The position numbers and the translations under genes were made by a program. From the NCBI GenBank assembly GCA_012103575.1, contig WLWN01000001.1, positions 1,676,538 through 1,740,537 of the forward strand: a stretch of DNA of 64,000 bases, read 5' to 3'. The notes under the pieces were generated by a model. That model had not been told where the DNA came from. It saw only the letters and a list, made by a program, of their open reading frames with translations, and ran no database searches. Every line of letters starts with the position of its first letter. The stretch's first letter is position 1. Below are positions 59,261-64,000 of this stretch, in pieces. The DNA is from Kiritimatiellia bacterium (GTDB taxonomy: Bacteria > Verrucomicrobiota > Kiritimatiellia > WLWN01).

Positions 59261-59611
59261 ATGGAAGTACAGGCTATAACGAAATTTGTGCATATATCGG
59301 CTTCTAAAGCTAGAGATTTAGCTCGAGCTATACAAGGGCGCAAGGCGCCTGATGCTCTTACCATTACTCAAAATAGCCCTAGAAAAGCTGGATTTTTGGT
59401 GGGTAAAACGTTGAAAGCCGCGATTGCCAATGCTGAGAATAATGCAAAGATATCCGCCGAGAATCTTGTTGTGAAGATGGCCGTGGTCGATCAAGGGCCG
59501 ATCCATAAACGGTTTCGTGCGGGTGCGCGGGGTTCGGCAAAGCCGCTACAAAAGAAAACGAGTCATATCAAAATCGTGTTAAGCAATCACGTGAAAGCAA
59601 AAAAAGCATAG
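59261..59611 (+). CDS. rplV: 50S ribosomal protein L22
   Basis: Conserved L22 sequence and position before rpsC. Confidence 0.9.
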   Translation: MEVQAITKFVHISASKARDLARAIQGRKAPDALTITQNSPRKAGFLVGKTLKAAIANAENNAKISAENLVVKMAVVDQGPIHKRFRAGARGSAKPLQKKTSHIKIVLSNHVKAKKA

Positions 59612-59631
59612 ATGTGTGAAAGGAGACCATT

Positions 59632-60294
59632 TTGGGCCAAAAAGTTAATCCTATAGGGTTACGCGTAGCCGTTACAAAAAATTGGCGGTCTCGGTGGTAT
59701 GCCGAAAAGAAAGAGTATGGTGATCTTCTTCATGAAGACATCCAAATCCGTAAACTGGTTAAGCAGCGGCTGAAGGATGCAGCTGTACCTGAGGTGATTA
59801 TTGAGCGCTATGCGAGTCGAGCGAGGGTAACGGTATATACAGCACGACCGGGTATTGTTATTGGGCGAAAGGGACAGGATATTGAACGGTTACGCGAAGA
59901 GTTAGCCGTGCAAACAGGAAAAGAAATTTATATTGAAATTCGTGAAATTAAAGAAGCGGATACAAATGCCCAATTAGTGGCTGAAGTCATTGGGCTTCAA
60001 CTGGAGCGGCGTGTATCGTTTCGTCGTGCGTTGAAACGGGCTGTTCAGATTGCTATGGATATGGGGGTTTTAGGCATTAAAGTAGAGGCTTCAGGTCGTT
60101 TATGGGGATCAGAATTAGCACGGCGTGAGGGCTATAAAGAAGGGAAGGTGCCTTTACACACATTACGGGAAAATATCGAATATGGCTTTGCTAAATCCAA
60201 TACCACGGCAGGGAAAATTGGGATAAAAGTTTGGATTTGTAAGAAAGAAGAAAAAGTCGAGGAAAAGGAGAAATCTTATGCCTCTTATGCCTAA
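59632..60294 (+). CDS. rpsC: 30S ribosomal protein S3
   Basis: KH domain, [11 protein letters not shown] start. Confidence 0.95.
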   Translation: MGQKVNPIGLRVAVTKNWRSRWYAEKKEYGDLLHEDIQIRKLVKQRLKDAAVPEVIIERYASRARVTVYTARPGIVIGRKGQDIERLREELAVQTGKEIYIEIREIKEADTNAQLVAEVIGLQLERRVSFRRALKRAVQIAMDMGVLGIKVEASGRLWGSELARREGYKEGKVPLHTLRENIEYGFAKSNTTAGKIGIKVWICKKEEKVEEKEKSYASYA

Positions 60295-60691
60295 ACGCGT
60301 TAAGCACCGAAAGGTGCAACGGGGCAATTATAAAGGTCACGCGAGTCGAGGGAACACGATTGCTTTTGGCGAGTATGGGCTCCAAGCATTAGGGCGTGCG
60401 TGGATCACCAATATTCAGATTGAAGCCTGTCGTGTGGCTGTCAATCGAACGATGAAGCGTAAGGGAAAGCTTTGGATACGGATTTTCCCCGATAAACCGT
60501 ATACGCAGAAGCCCCTGGAAACAAGGATGGGTAAAGGAAAAGGGGGCGTTGAATATTGGGTGGCTGTTGTGAAACCCGGTCGCGTTCTCTTTGAAGTGGA
60601 TGGAACTTCGGAGTTGATTGCGAGAGAGGCGTTTAGAATTGCAGCGGCAAAATTGCCGATACGAGCAAAATTTGTTCAACGTCATCGATAA
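60278..60691 (+). CDS. rplP: 50S ribosomal protein L16
   Basis: MPKRVKHRK…. Confidence 0.95.
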   Translation: MPLMPKRVKHRKVQRGNYKGHASRGNTIAFGEYGLQALGRAWITNIQIEACRVAVNRTMKRKGKLWIRIFPDKPYTQKPLETRMGKGKGGVEYWVAVVKPGRVLFEVDGTSELIAREAFRIAAAKLPIRAKFVQRHR

Positions 60692-60696
60692 CGATT

Positions 60697-60894
60697 ATGA
60701 AAACAAGTAAAATACGAGAAATGACAGACGAAGAACTCGATCAGCTTTACCGGGATACGCGTAAAGAGATCTTTAATTTGCGGATGCAAAAAGCAACTGG
60801 ACAATTAGAAAACCCTTTGCGTTTACGGGGTGTTAGACGTGATGTCGCTCGTATTAAAACGGTTCTCAATGAACGGAGAGGATCAGCCGTCTGA
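60697..60894 (+). CDS. rpmC: 50S ribosomal protein L29
   Basis: 65 aa. Conserved order. Confidence 0.9.
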   Translation: MKTSKIREMTDEELDQLYRDTRKEIFNLRMQKATGQLENPLRLRGVRRDVARIKTVLNERRGSAV

Positions 60895-61175
60895 TGAATG
60901 AAGTAAGTGATTTAAAAAGAGGTTTGCGGAAGACAAGAGAAGGGCTCGTGGTTAGTGCGCGGATGGATAAAACCATTATTGTTTTAGTCGAGAGGCGTAT
61001 TCGTCATCCCCTCTACGGAAAAGAGATGCGTCGTTTTAAGAAGTTTTATGTTCATGATGAAAAAAATGAAGCGAAACGTGGAGATAAGGTTCGTATTATG
61101 GAAACACGTCCGCTAAGTAAACTTAAACGGTGGCGATTTGTTGAAATTTTATCGAGTGGATTGGCCACCGGCTGA
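60894..61175 (+). CDS. rpsQ: 30S ribosomal protein S17
   Basis: …GVVVSDKMDKTIVV… motif. Confidence 0.9.
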   Translation: MNEVSDLKRGLRKTREGLVVSARMDKTIIVLVERRIRHPLYGKEMRRFKKFYVHDEKNEAKRGDKVRIMETRPLSKLKRWRFVEILSSGLATG

Positions 61176-61189
61176 ACACCTAACGAAAC

Positions 61190-61555
61190 ATGATTATAGA
61201 AGAAACAAAATTACGAGTAGCAGATAACACCGGTGCACGCAGTGTACAATGTATACGTATTTTAGGACAACGTAAACGGTGCGCTTGTGTTGGGGATATT
61301 ATTAAGATATCTGTTAAAGATGCTCAGCCAGGGAGTATGGTGAAAAAAGGGGAGGTTCACGATGCTATCATTGTTCGGACTAAAAACGCGATTCGAAGAT
61401 ATGATGGATCTGTACTTCGGTTCGATCATAATGCGGTGGTCCTCATTGATGAACAAAAAAATCCGCAGGGCACTCGTATCTTTGGGCCTGTTGCGCGTGA
61501 ATTACGCGATAAAAATTTTATGAAACTAATATCATTGGCACCTGAAGTGCTTTAG
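61190..61555 (+). CDS. rplN: 50S ribosomal protein L14
   Basis: [16 protein letters not shown]…. Confidence 0.95.
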   Translation: MIIEETKLRVADNTGARSVQCIRILGQRKRCACVGDIIKISVKDAQPGSMVKKGEVHDAIIVRTKNAIRRYDGSVLRFDHNAVVLIDEQKNPQGTRIFGPVARELRDKNFMKLISLAPEVL

Positions 61556-61572
61556 AAACAATTTGGAGTAAC

Positions 61573-61866
61573 ATGTCAAAAGCTCATATCAAAAAAGGTG
61601 ATATCGTCGTTGCCATTACAGGTGATGATGCGGCGATTAAAAAAACAGGTAAAGTCCTTCAAATTATACCTCGTTTAAAGGTGGCGGTTGTCGAAGGTCT
61701 AAACTATGTGAAAAAACATATGAAACCAACCCAAGACAATCCGCAGGGCGGTATTATTGAAAAAGAAGCGCCGATTGCTCTATCCAACTTGAAACAATAT
61801 GACCAGACCCAAAACGCCGTTGCGAATCCCGATAAAGTAAGGATAAAGAATGACCTCTACCCTTAA
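61573..61866 (+). CDS. rplX: 50S ribosomal protein L24
   Basis: KOW motif IKKGDIVVAITG. Confidence 0.9.
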   Translation: MSKAHIKKGDIVVAITGDDAAIKKTGKVLQIIPRLKVAVVEGLNYVKKHMKPTQDNPQGGIIEKEAPIALSNLKQYDQTQNAVANPDKVRIKNDLYP

Positions 61867-62392
61867 GTCAACATATATAAACGAGATCGTTCCCAAACTT
61901 TGTGAAACGAGAGGTTTTAAGAATAGACTGCAAGCGCCGCGTCTTCGTAAGGTTGTTGTGAATATGGGCATTGATACAGGTGTTGATAAAGATACCTTTA
62001 AAGCTGTTACGGAAGATTTAGCCAAACTGACTGGACAGAAACCGATTATTACAAAAGCCCATAAGAGTATCTCAAACTTTAAATTGCGCGAAGGCATGCC
62101 TGTGGGGGCAAAAGTGACTCTGCGCGGAGTCCGTATGTTTGATTTTTTAGAACGTTTAATTCATGTTATTCTACCCCGTATTCGAGACTTTCGGGGTGTT
62201 CCTCTAAAATCTTTTGATGGTCAAGGCAATTATTCGTTGGGCATCAAAGAGCAATCTGTGTTTCCTGAGATTAACCCGGATCATATTAAAAAATCTCAGG
62301 GCATGGACATTACGATTGTAACCACTGAAAAAGAAGATGAGCATGCGCGTGAGCTATTAACGCTCCTCGGCATGCCCTTTGCGCATAACTAA
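61850..62392 (+). CDS. rplE: 50S ribosomal protein L5
   Basis: Conserved L5 sequence. Confidence 0.95.
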   Translation: MTSTLKSTYINEIVPKLCETRGFKNRLQAPRLRKVVVNMGIDTGVDKDTFKAVTEDLAKLTGQKPIITKAHKSISNFKLREGMPVGAKVTLRGVRMFDFLERLIHVILPRIRDFRGVPLKSFDGQGNYSLGIKEQSVFPEINPDHIKKSQGMDITIVTTEKEDEHARELLTLLGMPFAHN

Positions 62393-62409
62393 CATGGAGT
62401 AGAGAACCC

Positions 62410-62595
62410 TTGGCAAAAACATCATTAATTGTTAAATCAAATCGAACCCCTAAATTTAGAGCGAGGACATACAGTCGATGTCGTCAATGCGGTCGGTCTC
62501 GTGGGTATATGAGAAAATTTCAATTATGTCGCATCTGTTTTCGAGAATTAGCTTCTGAAGGAAAGATTCCTGGAGTGACCAAGGCCAGTTGGTAA
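62410..62595 (+). CDS. rpsN: 30S ribosomal protein S14 type Z (Zn-binding, 61 aa)
   Basis: [23 protein letters not shown]. Confidence 0.9.
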   Translation: MAKTSLIVKSNRTPKFRARTYSRCRQCGRSRGYMRKFQLCRICFRELASEGKIPGVTKASW

Positions 62596-62617
62596 TTAAA
62601 AGAGAAAGAATAGAAAA

Positions 62618-63016
62618 ATGAGTTTATCAGATCCTATTGCGAATATGTTAACCTCCATTCGCAACGCCACTATGGCCAAAAAAGAGGTAGTAGAAGTTAC
62701 TCACTCAATATTGAAAAGTCATCTCGCACGAATTTTGAAACGTGAAGGATTTATTACCGATTATGTGTCTGAAGCACACGATGATAAAAAAGTCATACGA
62801 TTGTTTCTTAAGTATAACTTCGAACAAGAGCCCGTTATACAAGGGCTGAAAAGAATTAGTAAATCTGGACTTAGACATTATGTTTCAGCGGATAAAGTCC
62901 CTTATGTATTGAGAGGGATGGGAGTCGCCATTTTGACGACTTCCTATGGAATACTTACAGATCATGATGCGCGGAAGAAAGGGATTGGCGGTGAAGTTCT
63001 TTGCCATGTCTGGTAG
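62618..63016 (+). CDS. rpsH: 30S ribosomal protein S8
   Basis: MSLSDPIANMLTSIRNA…. Confidence 0.95.
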   Translation: MSLSDPIANMLTSIRNATMAKKEVVEVTHSILKSHLARILKREGFITDYVSEAHDDKKVIRLFLKYNFEQEPVIQGLKRISKSGLRHYVSADKVPYVLRGMGVAILTTSYGILTDHDARKKGIGGEVLCHVW

Positions 63017-63073
63017 AGATAAGAGAGAAATATAGATGCCAGAAAGTAGGCCATAGAAGGTGAAAAAAGGATT

Positions 63074-63610
63074 ATGTCTAGAATAGGAATACAACCGATA
63101 CCCATACCCAATGGTGTGACAGTAGAGTTTCAAGACTCAAATGTTATGGTCAAAGGGCCTCAAGGCTCTCTCTCGTGGAAGCTGCCTTCGTTTATTCGTG
63201 TAGCCACTGAGAACAGTGCGGTTTCGATTTCGCGTATAAGCGAAGATAAACAAGCAAAATCTATGCATGGCACAGCACGGAGTTTAATCGCGAGTATGGT
63301 GGAAGGTGTTCATAAAGGATTTACCAAAGAATTGGAAATACAAGGCACTGGTTTTCGGGCACAACTCCAAGGACAAAAATTAACATTGCAGATTGGATTT
63401 TCGCATAACATCGAATTTCAAGCGCCTGAAGGGATTACGTTGCAGGTCCCTAATGAAACACGGATTGTTGTGAGTGGTGCCGGCAAACAACTCGTCGGGC
63501 AAGTAGCGGCTCGGATCCGTTCATTTAACGTTGCAGAACCTTATAAAGGCAAGGGCATACGATACAAAGGGGAGCATGTACGTCGTAAAGCAGGGAAAAC
63601 GGTTGCTTAA
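63074..63610 (+). CDS. rplF: 50S ribosomal protein L6
   Basis: MSRIGIQPIPIP…. Confidence 0.95.
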   Translation: MSRIGIQPIPIPNGVTVEFQDSNVMVKGPQGSLSWKLPSFIRVATENSAVSISRISEDKQAKSMHGTARSLIASMVEGVHKGFTKELEIQGTGFRAQLQGQKLTLQIGFSHNIEFQAPEGITLQVPNETRIVVSGAGKQLVGQVAARIRSFNVAEPYKGKGIRYKGEHVRRKAGKTVA

Positions 63611-63612
63611 TC

Positions 63613-63975
63613 ATGAAAGTAGAAACTAAATCAGACTATAGAGTGCGTCGCCATTTACGTCTTCGGCACAAAATAACGGGCACGGCTCAATGTCCCCGCA
63701 TGAGCGTATTTAAGTCGAATCAACATTTATATGTGCAGTTCATTGATGATGAGAGTGCATGTACACTGGCGTCTGCTTCGACATTAGATTCGCACGTAAA
63801 GCCTATGATTTCAAAACTAAATATAGAAAGCGCGGGTCAATTAGGAACGTTGGCGGCAGAAGCAGCTAAAAGCAAAGGGATCGAACATGTTGTATTTGAT
63901 CGTGGAGGGTTTAAGTATACAGGGAAAATTAAAGCGTTGGCTGAAGCCTCCCGTGAGGCCGGTCTAAAATTTTAA
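63613..63975 (+). CDS. rplR: 50S ribosomal protein L18
   Basis: Conserved L18 sequence after rplF. Confidence 0.9.
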   Translation: MKVETKSDYRVRRHLRLRHKITGTAQCPRMSVFKSNQHLYVQFIDDESACTLASASTLDSHVKPMISKLNIESAGQLGTLAAEAAKSKGIEHVVFDRGGFKYTGKIKALAEASREAGLKF

Positions 63976-64000
63976 TCCAGCTGAAAGGCTGTGAAGGAAC

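Noticed and set aside
1-64000. CRISPR array, prophage, or large biosynthetic/defence gene cluster
   Set aside because: No short direct repeats with unique spacers and no phage structural or integrase-attachment signatures besides IS and integron integrases. The only tandem-like repeats are the dispersed MITE/IS copies.

Overview
Read by eye from the sequence and the supplied ORF track; no searches or structure predictions were run. Coordinates are approximate to within a few nt unless stated. The window looks like chromosomal DNA from a PVC-superphylum bacterium, probably Verrucomicrobia. The basis is a DUF1559 'H-X9-DG' pseudopilin and moderate GC content. Housekeeping genes (aroB, dprA, topA, xerC/D, waaA, recN, an Fe3+ ABC transporter, dnaE, pdxH, icd, recR, surE, dnaX-ybaB, mutL, rsmG, and the rplV-to-rplR ribosomal-protein block) are interleaved with an unusually dense load of insertion sequences and their debris. 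Six IS families were identified: two distinct IS30-family ISs with two copies each, an IS1380-family IS with two full copies plus a 3' fragment, an IS630-family IS with two copies, one IS110-family IS plus a fragment, an IS481-like rve element, and IS630- and IS5/IS982-like remnants. Two kinds of non-coding mobile repeat are also present. One is a 165-bp palindromic MITE whose terminal inverted repeat is almost identical to that of the resident IS1380-family element; three complete copies are flanked by 5-bp target-site duplications. The other is a 284-bp TA-flanked MITE with nested perfect inverted repeats. Many genes are visibly decayed. Degenerate integron integrase (intI, TAG stop + frameshift), FRG-domain gene, DUF1559 pseudopilin, two beta-helix paralogs, suhB (split by an IS at codon 5). 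Frameshifts in dprA, rsmG and both copies of the IS1380 transposase. Other features noted are two tRNAs (Met-CAT on the minus strand, Val-TAC on the plus strand), each with a related palindrome abutting its -35 box, a probable SRP RNA upstream of dnaX, a GC-rich structured segment upstream of surE, and conserved long hairpins 3' of the two beta-helix paralogs. No CRISPR array, prophage or recognisable complete defence or biosynthetic cluster was seen. The novelty lies in the mobile-element biology and the regulatory palindromes rather than in a large multi-gene system.
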